Below, one piece after another: positions 1 through 13,285 of a stretch of 64,000 bases of DNA. This stretch comes from Mytilus edulis (Eukaryota), in NCBI RefSeq assembly GCF_963676685.1, contig NC_092353.1:25606001-25670000 (forward strand), given 5' to 3'. Position numbers and translations under genes: made by a program. Numbering within the stretch: the stretch's first letter is position 1; each line of letters opens with the position of its first letter. The notes beneath the pieces were generated by a model that saw only the letters and a list, made by a program, of their open reading frames with translations, did no database searches and had not been told where the DNA came from.

Positions 1-25
1 TAACTGTGTATTGCTACCTTACATT

Positions 26-87
26 TGGGCCGGATCGACGTGGGACTGATCGACTTGGGCCGGATCGACGTGGGTCCGGATCGACGC
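26..87. repeat. 15-bp GC-rich tandem repeat (TGGGCCGGATCGACG x4), probable transposon subterminal array
   Basis: Directly visible. A similar 15-bp array (GGGCGAACGGACTC) lies at 739-817. Confidence 0.7.
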
Positions 88-93
88 GAAAGC

Positions 94-331
94 GATTATA
101 ACACTTTACTGGAGTGGCAGTTTTATTACAGGAAAAGGATAACAAACAAAAAATAAGTTCAAAATGGCGATTTGGACAATGTTAGAAACTCGATCTCAAC
201 GAAATGACATTGAATGACCGAAATTATTTCTGTAAAAATATAAAATTTGTCCTAAATCCCAATTACTCATTTAGGACAAAATACTTTCAGTTTAGGTCAA
301 GACTGGCATATATGACCGTTTCCGGACCCTT
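94..331. repeat. Dispersed repeat (DNA-transposon-like), inverted homolog at 51386-51603
   Basis: Reverse-complement similarity, e.g. TTACTGGAGTGGCAGTTT / AAACTGCCACTCCAGTAA and AAGACTGGCA...GACCGTTTCC. Confidence 0.7.
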
Positions 332-1889
332 GGTGACAGCCCAGGCTGGTAAAATTGCTCTTGGGTCTGTAAAAATCAGGCTACAGGCCAACAGAATCTA
401 ACTAAAAAATTTCAAAAATTGAGCTCTGGGCCTGTAGATTTAAAAGTTCATCGTGAAGACTGATTGTAATCGCCAAAATCAATTTATTATTTTCCCTTTA
501 ATTTTATATTTTATCAAAACAAAATGTTAGTTTTTTATTTATATTATTATTAATCCATCAAAAGACAAGTATCACAATAATCAGAGATCCGAATTATTTA
601 ATCATCCGGCTTAACAAGCCATAAACTTTTAAATATTTCAATGTTTCAATAAATTTCAAGAATATACAATGTATACCATAGAAATATCTGAATAAGTTTA
701 TTCATCTTCATTGCCCTGAATATCAATACTTTTTAGTAGGGCGAACGGACTCTTTGGGTGAACGAACTCAGGGGGAACGGACTCAGGGGGAACATGTTAT
801 TAGGGCGAACTGTCCCAATACCCACACCAACGTTTCAAACTAATTTTACACCAATAGACAACTTTTGCGTTTCCGTCATACACTTTTGTTCTTATAGCAA
901 ATATCATTCATGGAGTTGAGGAGCATCTTCACTTCTGTTTCAATGTTGATCTAGTGGGTGAACAATATTAAATTAATAAAATTGACAAAAATTAAGGAAT
1001 CGTGATTAAGTACCTATGGAACAAACATTTTCATAGATTTATACCCCTGCACTAAACTCATAAATTGCTTGCTACTAAGGAAGTGAAAACAGTATATAGT
1101 ATATCTTTTTACTATTAAATGCAACAGTTTCTGGTAAAGTATTTATCAGTACTTGGCCTCCTCGTGGAGAATTTGCAAAACATTGAGATCATTTTTAGTG
1201 TATGCAAGGGAGGTAAGTTTTGGCAAATTGGGTTTGAAAAAATAATACTTAAAGTTCAAGCGGACGGGTCAGCCGGGAATAGCGATAAGGTGTATGCTAT
1301 TTTAAATGTACTGATACGGACTTTATTCTCTTAAAAATTTAGCGCAATCGATACTTGAACAAATGTAAATCCTTTCAAAGGTTAAAAGCTCTCAACATGT
1401 TCGCCAAACTTTGACTTTTCGAGGTCAAACTTTCAACATCGTTATCTGCGTTAGTTTTTGATAGACAGCTTGAATTGTTAAATAGAATACTGCTTTTTAT
1501 CTACTTATTTCGATTAAAAGCAAATAAATCATCATATTTCATTTAGTTAAAGGACAATCATAATTATAATCTTTACCAAAGTGCCGAATCGTGAGGCAGC
1601 CATGATTAAATTCAGGGAAGGTACGGCTAAATTTCGTACTACATTTCCGTAAGAAGAGAATTAGAGTACATATAATAGAATACATAAAACGAAATACAAA
1701 GCTTAAAAATAAGTAAGTGCAGTAAACAATACTTATTTTTCATATTTTATCTATTTCGACCATATATAAATAATTTTAAATGATATAAGAAAGTGAATTT
1801 TCCTCCTTTTAGATTGTCCATTCCATTAATGTGAAGCTGAAGGACAAAATTGTTGAATGTTTTAGAGTTTGAGATCCCAAATACACAGA

Positions 1890-4762
1890 ATGCCTCCCTA
1901 TGAATTGGCTCTCATATTGCGTGGAACACTTGCACGAGTAAAGATGAGCATTATTTTGAAAAATATATATTCATATCTGTTAAATTATGTTATCATGGTT
2001 TACTTTTTATATAAATTGTGACTTGGATGGAGAGTTGTCTCATTGGCACTCATACCACTTAACAAAAACCCTCTAGGTTTTATGATCATGATGATATCAA
2101 AAGACTTTAGTTTAAACATATTTATTTATAGTGGATTGGGAAACAAGTTATTGCTACTTATAATATTAATCCCCTTCCACTTTGCGGATACAATAGCGGC
2201 CTTGTAAGTTGTAGAGCTGCATTAGCATGCTCTTTTTTTTATAATCTACAAGGGTGTCTTTTACATGGGTCTCATTGGGGTCTAAGCGTGATGCAGAATT
2301 GCCAACTTTGTAAGCGTGAACGTGAAAGTCAAATTATTGAGCCGTGAAAACAGGAAATGAAGTCTAGCGGGACACAGGAATTTACCAAAAAATGAGAATT
2401 GCTACATAGTGTAAGTGGGATATAGGAATCTGACAAAACAGTAAGCAGGATCCGGGATCCAAACCCCCCAATGAGACCCCCTTTTACGCGCAAGAGATAT
2501 GACTCTCTCTTAACAGGGGTCAGCCATTTTTCATCCCCATCAAACAGACTATCATTGTTTCCTCAAGGCTATACTCGCGAATTGTGTCAAGGGAGAGCTG
2601 AAAATTAAGTTCCTGAAATGTTCTCCCGGGAATGGGAATTAACCAGGAACCTTTGTGTTAGTAGTCCCATGCACTACACCATGGCTCTCTGACTTAGAAA
2701 TTATAACATTTATAAGAGTACCACCTAATGTTGATGCAGAACCTTAGCTCTTAGGTCCTATTGATATTTTTTGACAATTTGTCTGTAAAATAAAAAAAAA
2801 TGTAATAAGGACCAGAAGAGTGAGGGTTCTGCAGCTTAGTAGTAGTACACCTACTGTTACTATTTGCGGTACCACGATTTCCCGAGGATTGCAAGAACTT
2901 AGTAATATCCTAAGGACAAATTGATTTGTCCCGAACATATGGTGTTATACTACTTAAAATAATATTAAAGTATATAATATTAAGATATTTGTTGTGTATG
3001 CTCAATAAAAGTGCAATTTAACTTCAGGAAATTGATAAGCTTGTCTTGTAAGTTATATATGCAAATTACTTGTTGAACACAATATTTAAAAAAAGTAGAC
3101 AGCTTAAAAAAATTGTATACCAATCCATTCCTTGAAGATAACTTGAATTTATATTGAGTATATTTACGACTAAAACGTCTCAGACCCTATAAGCAGTATA
3201 ACACCATGTAAAATCATGTTTTTGAGATAACTCAATTTTTTCATGGAATATTAATTTGTTCCTGTAATCCTCTGGAAATCTTGTTCATCATGGTTCCATT
3301 TGTTAATATGCACCTTTGTCCTGGGCCGCTTTCTTTCTACATCCGTAATTACATATATGAATAATACGATCACGAAGATGGTGATTATGGTCATGTTGAA
3401 AGAATCACATTTTCCAAAATAAATGCAGTCCCAATTCCTAATATCACATTTATTTTATTCTTACTATTTATTGTAAATTGTTTTTGTGAAGAATGTAAGA
3501 AATGTATTGTTGTTTGTTCATTAGGATATTCAAGATTAACTTTAAATCGAAGAATTCAATTATAGAAATATATTCAATGAGTGACTGAACAACACATTAA
3601 TTCACTAAATTAATGCTTGTAGCACATGAGTGTTGTTTAGTCACTAGTTGAATAATTTTAGATATTTGAATTGTTCAATAGGTTTTTCTTTTTATAATGC
3701 ACATTGACATAATGAGCAACTAGTATTTTACAAACTAAATATTTAGTAAAAGTTGCAAGGAACTGTATCTTTTTGTCTACACATTTACAATATGCTTTGA
3801 TGCCATTTAATAGCAATAATTTGACATCACCTACTGTTGTATGAGGTCAGAGGAGTGAAATTATCGAATTTATTTTAAATAAGCAGTGAAACTTTTTTTC
3901 TCACTGTGAAATTACTGTAATTCATTGCAACCTATGTAATGATAAATTTTGATATTGTAATATTCTTTTGATTTTTTATCATGTGAACAACTGAAGCATA
4001 CAGGAATATGATATTTTGTCTATTTATTTTTAGCCTGAAGTAGCACAAGCATTAAAGAAAGGCTGCCAAAATTTGTTGAGCAATGGTTCAGTTGTCCGTA
4101 AAATAGAAAATCTTGGGCAAAGAGAACTTCCTTACTACATGCGTGCACATAATACCATTCACAAAGAAGGACAGTAAGTTTGTTTCTTAATCAGAAAAAT
4201 CTATGAATGCAAAAACATTGTGAAACAATGACATACTTTGAGTGGGAATTTATTATATTGGGACTTTTAATTATATATTTGGTTTGAAGTTTTTATGCAT
4301 TTATATAATACATTTTTGTAAATAGTGGGGCATTATTTTTTTTTCTATTTTTCTGGTCTGTGCATCTGATCCAAAAAAGACTAAATGAATTCAAAATCAT
4401 TGTTACAATGGTTAAGGGCATACGATACAGTTGTGATATCTTTTTCTAGGTAGAGAAATATATTGATTAGAACAATAAGTATATATACTTACATTGTTTA
4501 TTTCAGTTATTTTCTGGTAAACTTTGATTCCCCTGTTGAATCTTTGAAACCAATCAAACAAGGATTTAAAGAGCACAGAGATGTTGTTAGAGCTGGCTTA
4601 GAAAGAACTGACCAAGAATTAAAAAAACCTTGCCTTGATGGACCTTGTCAGTTTGGTGAAATTCCAGACCCTTTACACGAAAAGCGTATTTATAGACAAA
4701 AAGTGACAAAGAGATTGGCAAAAACATATGGAAAATTCTCATTAAATTTAAAGTGGAAATAA
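1890..4762 (+). CDS. MRPS6: Mitochondrial ribosomal protein S6 (bS6m), 3 coding exons
   Basis: Exons 1890-1937 (MPPYELALILRGTLAR), 4034-4173 (PEVAQALKKGCQNLLSNGSVVRKIENLGQRELPYYMRAHNTIHKEG) and 4507-4762 (HYFLVNFDSP...DVVR...stop). GT-AG introns with phases 0 and 2. Matches the MRPS6 motifs MPxYELALI, ENLGxRxLPY and YFLVxF. Confidence 0.93.
2120..2690 (-). mobile_element. tRNA-derived SINE-like element interrupted by a MITE (2267-2480)
   Basis: Minus-strand head with A-box-like TGGTGTAGTG and B-box-like GGTTAATTCC. The internal insertion has TIR GGGTCTCATTGGGG/CCCCAATGAGACCC. Confidence 0.5.
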
Positions 4763-5703
4763 ATGTAAATAAATTAGATTGAGTTTGCATTTCATTATCT
4801 TAGCAGCTTAGAAAGTATGAAAACACAGGTAACAGATAGGCCATTATAAGTAACTACATGAAGTTTAACCAATCATCTTTTAGTTAACATGATTGAAGAT
4901 CTAGACCATGTTAGACTATTGTCATCACTTGGCTCCAATATGAATTATAAAGTTTGGTCAATATCCAAAAAAATCAGATCAATCTTAGATGGAGCTTTCT
5001 AGGTATGATAAAGACTTGGTGAAGGTCACAGCACTGAAGGACTGAAACTTATGGCCAATACTTGGTTTTAGGATAAGACATTTAATCATTCATTCATTCA
5101 TTCATTCATTACCAAATTTAGTTTAATATCTTTTGAATAGAAAAAAAAATGAAGTTAAACTATTGTTCCTGGAAATAATCTGATTCTTCTATTAGATAAT
5201 GGTGTTATGAGATTACTTGAAATTTGTAATAATGGTTTACTTTTTACAAATTGTTACTTTGATGGAGAGTTGTCTCATTGGCACTCATACTACATCTCCT
5301 TATATCTTATATCAGGTACATATCAATGAGACAGTAAGCCTAACCAGACCGTCTTCATCAAAACACATGTCTATACAATATATATTAAGGTCTATATCAA
5401 CAAAGTATAGAAATATTGAGAAAAATTTACAAGATGTATTATCAGGACCAAAATTCTTAAAGAATGAAAAACATAAAGATACATCACAACCACTAACACA
5501 GTTTATAACAATTTGGGACAGGCACTTGGTTGAAGTATTTATTTTTAGATCTAGATTAATATTTCTGTAAAATTTCTATTAAAAATCTGTTAAATGTGAA
5601 ACACATTCTGCACTTTGTAGGTTTTTTAAACAAATTGATGATTTTTATTTTCATAGGGTAACATTTTCAGCCTGAGTAGTCACAACAAACATGCACATGT
5701 TAA

Positions 5704-6532
5704 AACAAGAGTGCACACGCTGAAATGTCTTGCCTTCTTTACTAATCATTGATATTATGGTGATAGTCCTAAATATCTTTATTACAACTGTAACATAAAC
5801 AAGAAAACTAAACATTAACCAATGAACCATGAAAATGAGGTCAAGGTCAGATGAACCATGTCAGGCATGCATGTACAGCTAACAATTCAATAAAGTGACA
5901 TATAGTATTAGAAAAAAGGATCAAAAACTTAACTTTGACCACTGAACCATGAACATGAGGTCAAGGTCAGATGACACCTGTCAGCTAGACATGTACACTT
6001 TACAATCATTCCATTCACTAAATATAGTAGACCTATTGCATACAGTATGAGAAAAACGGACCAAAACACTACAAGTTGGACATGTACACCTTACAGTCAT
6101 TCCATACACCCAATATACTAGACCTATTGCTTATAGTATCTGAGATATGGACTTGACCACCAAAACTTAACCTTGTTCACTGATCCATGAAATGAGGTCG
6201 AGGTCAGGTGAAAACTGTCTGACAGACATGAGGACCTTGCAAGCTACGCACATACCAAATATAGTTATCCAATTACTTATAATAAGAGAGAATTTAACAT
6301 TACAAAAAATCAAACTTTTTTTTCAAGTAGTCACTGAACCATGAATATGAGGTCAAGGACATTAAACATGTGACTGACAGAAACTTCGTAACATGAGGCA
6401 TATATATACAAAGTATGAAGCATCCAGGTCTTCTACCTTCTAAAATATATAGCTTTTAAGAAGTTAGCTAACGCCGCCAGATTACTATCCCTATGTCAAC
6501 TTTCTGCGACAAAAGTCGCAGGCTCGACAAAA
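5704..6532. mobile_element. Helentron-like non-autonomous element with internal tandem repeats
   Basis: Repeated ACCATGAAAATGAGGTCAAGGTCAGATGA units (~120-150 bp), terminal hairpin TGCGAC-AAAA-GTCGCA and A-rich flanks. Related fragments at ~7290-8000, 8870-9050, 9725-9780 and 28200-28400. Confidence 0.6.
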
Positions 6533-6694
6533 AATCGGCAACATACTCTCTCAAAGGCCCCAACAGAGAACAACGGTCAAGAAGTAGGATAGGATGAACA
6601 TGTTTGCTAGTTAGTTATTGTTTTTTGTTACTCGTTGAACAATAGTGCACAAGCTGAAATGTCCTAAACATTAAGCTTTACTACAAATATTACA

Positions 6695-7277
6695 AAAACC
6701 AGATGCTCTGCAGGGCGCAGCTTTATACGACTTCAGAGGTTGAACCCTGAACAGTTGGGGCTAGTATGGACACAACATTCAAGCTGAATACAGCTCTAAA
6801 TTTGGATTGTGATTAAATAGTTGACACAGCATAGGTTTCTGACACAGAATGAATGTGGTCTAATGAACTTATTTTTTTTTTTTGCTTTTAAAAGATAACT
6901 CCAATTTATTGTCTTGAAACTAGACTGTTTACCCCATAACCCACAAAATATATTCTAACCTTCTACTTATGGTATTAAACATCGGGGTACAATTTCAGAA
7001 CAATTGAAATACTTATACACAACTTTTTGTACTGACACAAGATAAATGCTTGTTTTGGGCCCCTTTGGGACCCTAATTCCTAAACCTTAGGGATCATAAC
7101 CCCCAAAATCAATCCCAAGCTTCCTATAGTGGTTATAAACATTGGGTTACAATTTTATTGATTTCTATTTACTTATACTAAAGTTATTATCTGGAAACAA
7201 TACGTCTGTGGATGAAGCTGACAACGACAACATGATACCAATATACGAACGCAAAAATTTTTGCGGTCATATAAAAA
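6695..7277. mobile_element. Helentron-like non-autonomous element, family 2 (copy 1)
   Basis: AAACCAGATGCTCTGCAGGGCGCAGCTTTATACGAC start, (GAC)n-like tract and terminal hairpin near 7250-7270. Homologous to 31476-32571. Confidence 0.6.
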
Positions 7278-8024
7278 CGTAACAGGATCCAAGAAAATGA
7301 GGATAGGGTCAGATAACCCGAACCAAAAATACATGTACACCTAACAATCATTCCATACTCAAAAGATAGTTGACTTATTGCTTAGTTTCTAAGAAACAAA
7401 CTAAACAAGGTTAAATTTAACATTGACCAATGAAACATGAAAACGAGGTCAAGGTCAGATTAACAATGCATGAACGACATATACACCTCGCAATCAATCT
7501 ATGCATTAAATGTAGATTACATATCGCATATATAGTATCTTAGAAAACAAACATAGCAATGAAAATCATTCCATACACCATTATATAGTTGACCTATTGC
7601 TTCACACTTCACACTGAGCAATGAACTGATGAGGTCAAGGTTAAATCAAACCTGCCAGACTGACATGTACATTTTAAAATGTTTCCATACACCAAATAAA
7701 GTTGACCTATTGCAAATAGTATTTGAAAAACAGACTAAAACAAAAAACTTAACTTTGACCACTGAATCATGAAAATGAGGTCAAGGTCAGATGAAACCTG
7801 ACAGTTTGCCATCTTACAATCATTCCATACACCAAATATAGAAGACCTATTGCTTATAGTATCTGAAATATGGACTTAACCACAAAAACCTAACCTTTTT
7901 CACTGATCAGATCAATGAAATGAGGTTACGGTCAAGTGAAAACTGTCTGACAGCAAGTGATGGGCATGAGGACCATGCAAGGTACGCACATAAGAAGTTA
8001 TCCTCAGCGTTTTGCATATGCACC

Positions 8025-8868
8025 GATCTGCATTTCATTTGCGCCAATTTTTTTACAGGTCAATATCGGCGGATCCAGGGGGGGGGGGGCCCTTTCGTGG
8101 GAAAAATTTGGTTGATTATATAGGGAATCATTGAAGCATGACTTGAGCGGCCCCCCCTTAGGTAAGTCAGCGGGCCCCCCTTAGCAAAAGTTCTGGATCT
8201 GCCACTGATCGGTGAATAGATATAAGAAGATGTGGTATGAGTGCCAATGAGACAACTCTTCATCCCAGTCTTTAAAGGACTACTAGATACATCTCCAGAC
8301 TTTTTCCTTGACCGTACCCATGGATCTTTAGCCTTGTTTTTTCAGTCAACTGTCACATGGTTATATTCTCTCTGTGTTTTGAATATAGTCTTCCCATCAG
8401 AATCCGTTGTGTCTCTGGAATTACACGATTTGATGGTACATCGGTAGGATACGTTACTTTTCAGGACACTGACCTTCCGATATGCATGGCCGTCAATGAT
8501 TAAAGAATTGACTCCTCTGCTTGTTTCAGTTTACAATATGTCCATCGTGTTTCAACGAAGTTCCAGAACAATATGAATCAAAATAAGGTTGAAAATGATT
8601 TACTTTTAAAACAAAAAATGTTACTTGGATGGAGAGTTGTCTCATTGGCACTCATACCACATCTTCCTATATCCGACTATTAAACATAAGTGAACAATGA
8701 TTATACCCAGATTTACCAATATACATTCAAGGTATAGTACTTGTAAAAGTATTTACTTACCTGTAAATCCAATTAGGAGGAATTATAAAATAGGCGCAAA
8801 TGAAAAAATGAAATTGGCACAAATGAAAGAATGAAAATTTTCAAAATCGGAGCAAATGTCATACACCC
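8025..8868 (-). mobile_element. MULE/Phantom-like transposon relic with pseudogenised FLYWCH N-terminus
   Basis: Minus-strand 8545 to ~8268 reads MDIL*TETSRGVNSLIIDGHAYRK...YRCTIKSCNSR...YNH...* (FLYWCH-like, with stops). The termini carry repeated GCGCAAATGAAA subrepeats in inverted orientation (8030-8050 and 8795-8868). Confidence 0.6.
8625..8672. repeat. Short dispersed repeat GGATGGAGAGTTGTCTCATTGGCACTCATACCACATCTT (9 or more copies in window)
   Basis: Copies at ~2024, 5260, 8220 (rc), 8625, 12112 (rc), 21680, 38232 (rc), 58620 (rc) and 60428 (rc). Confidence 0.7.
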
Positions 8869-9052
8869 GTTATCCTATTACCTCATGATGAGGGAGAAAT
8901 TAAGAATGCTAAATATCTTAACTTTTTCTTCAAGTAGTCGCTGACCCATGAAAATGAGGTCAAGGACAAATTCCTTGACTATTGGACATTTGACCAACAG
9001 AAACTTTACAACAATCCAGGTCTTCTACCTTCTCAAATATCAAAAGCTTTTA

Positions 9053-9720
9053 CAGTGAGTTGACTGTTAGTGTTGCTCTCCACCAATTGCAATTCATTCA
9101 AAATTTTGACCCAATTGCAATTTGTTTTATAAAATCAAATTGTTCAACTGGTCAGAAATTTGAACCAACTGCTGTAGAAAACCACAGACAAGTCATGAAA
9201 GTGCAAGGTGATAAAATAAAACATACTTACAATCCTATAGGACTTAACTCCACTTTAATGATGTTGTGACAAAATTAGTTTATCAGTTTGTATAGATATA
9301 TTATAGTAATTTCCATGCTGAAGAGGAACTGTTTATTTTGAATTGCTATAAAATTGTCCAAACTAAGCTTTCATATAGTTTATCTTTCTAAAAGTATTCT
9401 ATATTTATAAGAATGAGATATCATTTTAAATAAAACATCATACATATATATTCAGTAAAATATGTGTGAAATAACAATATGCTATTGATAAGTTTTCAGG
9501 GGAGATAATTTTGTCTCAACATCATTAAAGTTGAGTTAAAGTCTTATAGGTTTGTAAGAATGTTTTATTTTATCACCTTGCACTTTCACATTTTGACTGA
9601 ACAATTTGTTCAATATTCTGACCAGTTGAACAATTTGGTTTAATAAAACAAATTGCAATTGGGTCAAAATTTTGAATGAGTTGCAATTGGTAGAGAGCAA
9701 CACTAACAGTCAACTCACTG
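9053..9720. mobile_element. Tc1/mariner-like MITE with ~200-bp TIRs
   Basis: TA|CAGTGAGTTGACTGTTAGTGTTGCTCTC ... GAGAGCAACACTAACAGTCAACTCACTG|TA, with long near-perfect inverted arms. Confidence 0.85.
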
Positions 9721-12700
9721 TAAGACGTAAATTAACGCAGCCAACGCTGCCACCACCATATGTCAAGCTTTCTGCAACTATAAAAATTAGCATTTGTAAC
9801 CAGACTTTTCAGTATCTTGCTATAGTAGTTGGGGCAAAAATGACAACCTTTGTTGTTCTCATAAATGCTTACCAAAAGTGATTAATTTCAATTTTCTATC
9901 TTCATTTTAAGCTATAAATAGAATACTAGAAATTGTGAAAAATTCCAAAATAAAAAATGTGTACACTGGAAAATGTTAATTTCAAATTTTTTTATGATTA
10001 TATCCAGATTCATGTATTTTGTGAATTGGTTTTCAATCTAAGTTCACACAGTTTGAAGAAGATTCTTTTCTAACATTTATTTAATTATGAATTGTCTACC
10101 CATAAATATTTCCACCATGAGAATGAGATCCTGTATCAACTGTCTGGTATTCTAAATATAATAAAAGAACAAAGTTCCAATGACCCACACATATTTAATC
10201 TATCCAAGGAAAAAAGGGTACTATCCAAAATAATAGAAGTTTCATAAAATTCTGGAAATAATTGGTACACATGAAGACTGACAATGTAATTTTACCCCAT
10301 ATAATCAATATTTCCAAGGGCCTAAATCTAGAAAAAAATACTTGTTCGGGCTCTGATATTTTGAACTGGTCAATGACATTGATGATATAAACCTACATGT
10401 ACATTTATAATATAAATTTAACAAAAATCTAGAAAGAATTGTACATATTAGAGCTTTCATAAGGCAGTTTTTCATATAACTAGTATTTCCAAATTCATTA
10501 AAATTACAACTGAAAATATGGAAAGAAAACAACAAAAAAAGTGAGCAATTTATATATTTATAAAGGGGCAATTGTGTATGAATATTTTAACATTATGTCA
10601 AGGCAAACTAAAGTTAAAGATTGGAAACAAAAAATTCAGTAATTTTATTTTCATAAAGGGGATAACTTGAGAGCAGTAAAAGTGACACTGCATAATTTCT
10701 AACTTGATCTGTGTTTTATGGTTATAAGCATTGTGTACAAGTTTGTATACCATTTGGTAGAGTAAACTTAAGTTAGAGAACTGAAACTAATTTTTAGTGA
10801 CATAAGGGTCTGGTGGATGGACATGGTTAACACTTAATGACCCTTCGGCATAAAAATAATATAAAAAGACAGAAGCCAAAAAATTGTAATATTTATTTTT
10901 CTATATTATATACTGTAGAATTATATTACATTATAACAAAATGTTTGTCATTTACCAGTACAATACAAAAAAGTTTTATTTCAATGTACTGTTGTATTCT
11001 TTAAAATATTTTTAAAATAAAAGATGTAGTATGAGGTATATATTGTTCCCTAATTTGCACAAAAACTCTTGCTTTTGAGTGAAAGGAAATAATTATACTT
11101 AAAATACAGTTCTAAGTATACAACAAAAAGTAGACAGTTTACTTACAAATATTAAAACTTGGTACATGTACCAATATCAAGAAGCTATGATTTTTTCTAT
11201 GTATACATATATCTTAAAATGATTCATGCTGTATTTCATACCAATATGAAGTGTGGTACATAAAAATTCAAGAACTCATCCTGTAGTTTTGGAGAAAAAT
11301 ATAATGTGACAAAAATTTCTGATAATATACATGTACTGGTATGTGCATCAATATCAAGAACATACCAAATAGGTGGAAATATATAGTACAGTAGATTATT
11401 GACATTACTGAAAATATGGCACACAGTAAGATTACAAGATTGGTATCAAACTTAAAGTTGCTTTGAATAATTGGACAGAAATTGGTGACAGACAAATTAC
11501 TTGAATCAATTGATGTAAAGAGGTTAACCAGTGTTAATTCACTAGAAAAAAATGTAAAGAATAAGAGATACAAGGTACATTAAAAACATTTATAAGGTAC
11601 ATCATAAGATAAATCATGCTTCAGTGATTCTCTAAATAATCAACCAAATTTTTCCCACAAAAGGGGGTGGGGTGGTGCAGGCCCCCCCTGGATCCATCTA
11701 TGATATTGGAAGTAAAATAATAGGTGTTCAGAAGTACCAATACTTTTGTCTACCTACCCCTTGAATCCAATTTCACATGGCTTTTGTTAACATCAGGTAT
11801 AATTAATTTTATATAAATCAAGTTACAAAATCATATTTGCTTAGTCAAACATTAACATATATCTGATAAAAGTTACCATTTCAATGAATAAAAAGTATTG
11901 ATACATGTAACAAAATATCTACAATGTTTGCTGTATTCGAGAAAAACATTTTTTTTTCTTGATTTGAGAACAGAATTTGAATCCTTTTTATCCTTTTATC
12001 ATAAACAATACATTTTTTGCTTTTTATGTGAAAAACTGAGGTCAGATAAAAAATCTTACATTCTACAATAGACAGCTGTTATTCTTGTAGTAAAAAAAGA
12101 CAAATGAAAGATATAAGAAGAAGTTTTATGAATGCCAATGAGACAACGCTCCATCACAATTTTAAAATGTAAACCATTATAGGCCAAAGTTATAAATTTG
12201 TAATGTCTAATGTTTAATATCAAATACAATTTTTGTATGGCTCCACCAAATAAAAGGAAATATTGGGTATACATCAATGATACAGTAACCCAACAACACA
12301 ACAAAACAAGAAATGGATCAATGATTAATAGCATGAAATGTTATTAAACAATGAATTATGGTCCAAATTGAACTTTTCATTATAAGGATATATAAATGTA
12401 AAAAAAAATGGATAATAAAGGAGAATGCAATGATACCTTTTAAGGCCACTAATTTGGCTCCTTGAATTTGGAAAATTATTGTGAATTCATCAAATATCAT
12501 CCTTCAGATGTTTACAAGGCATGTAACTGTCTGATGTTTCAGTATTTATGTATTTGAATGTTGTCTTACATACAATTGTAGTACAAAATTGACAATAAAA
12601 CCTTATATTGACATCTTGCCATTAATATTCACATATTCACTAAATTTTCCAGCTTATATAAACTGCATTATAAATTAATGAAATTAACATAACTTTGAAA

Positions 12701-13102
12701 GGCTTCAATAACTTTTTTGCAATTTCAGGTGCTAAATGAAGGCTCTTATCATTAAACAGCTTCCGTTCAACCAAAGGTGCACAACTTGAAAAGATGTGTA
12801 AACTATGTGTGAAGTTTCAAAGAACTGGATTGAAAACTAAACCAGTTAAATTGTTAATTACACAAAATGTGTACACTTGTATTGCCTTTTGTAAACAATG
12901 CTGAAATTTCCCAAGTCTTAAACATGTACACATGTATCAATAAGGAGCACAGGTAAAGACCATGGTCAAAAGTGAAGTTTTTCTTTTTACACTCAGTCCC
13001 TTATTTACATAGATCTTTGATGTAAATTATCTATTCAACTGTTGACACAATGTTGCTTACATATGCCTGATACTACAAAATGTAAGTTACACTGTAACAC
13101 AA

Positions 13103-13285
13103 CATTATTCTGTTTTACATTAGTTCAGATATAACAGATTTCACTGTACTTCTTCATTCATAATGGGAGAACAGACTGTATACATTCCATTTCATTATTC
13201 TGTTTTACATAAGTTCAGGTATAACAGATTTTACTGTACCTCTTCTTTTATAATGCCACATCAGACTGTACACATTCCATTTCAT
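13103..13285. repeat. 90-bp tandem duplication spanning the TIGAR stop codon
   Basis: CATTATTCTGTTTTACAT...CAGACTGTA.ACATTCCATTT starts at both 13103 and 13193. Confidence 0.8.
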
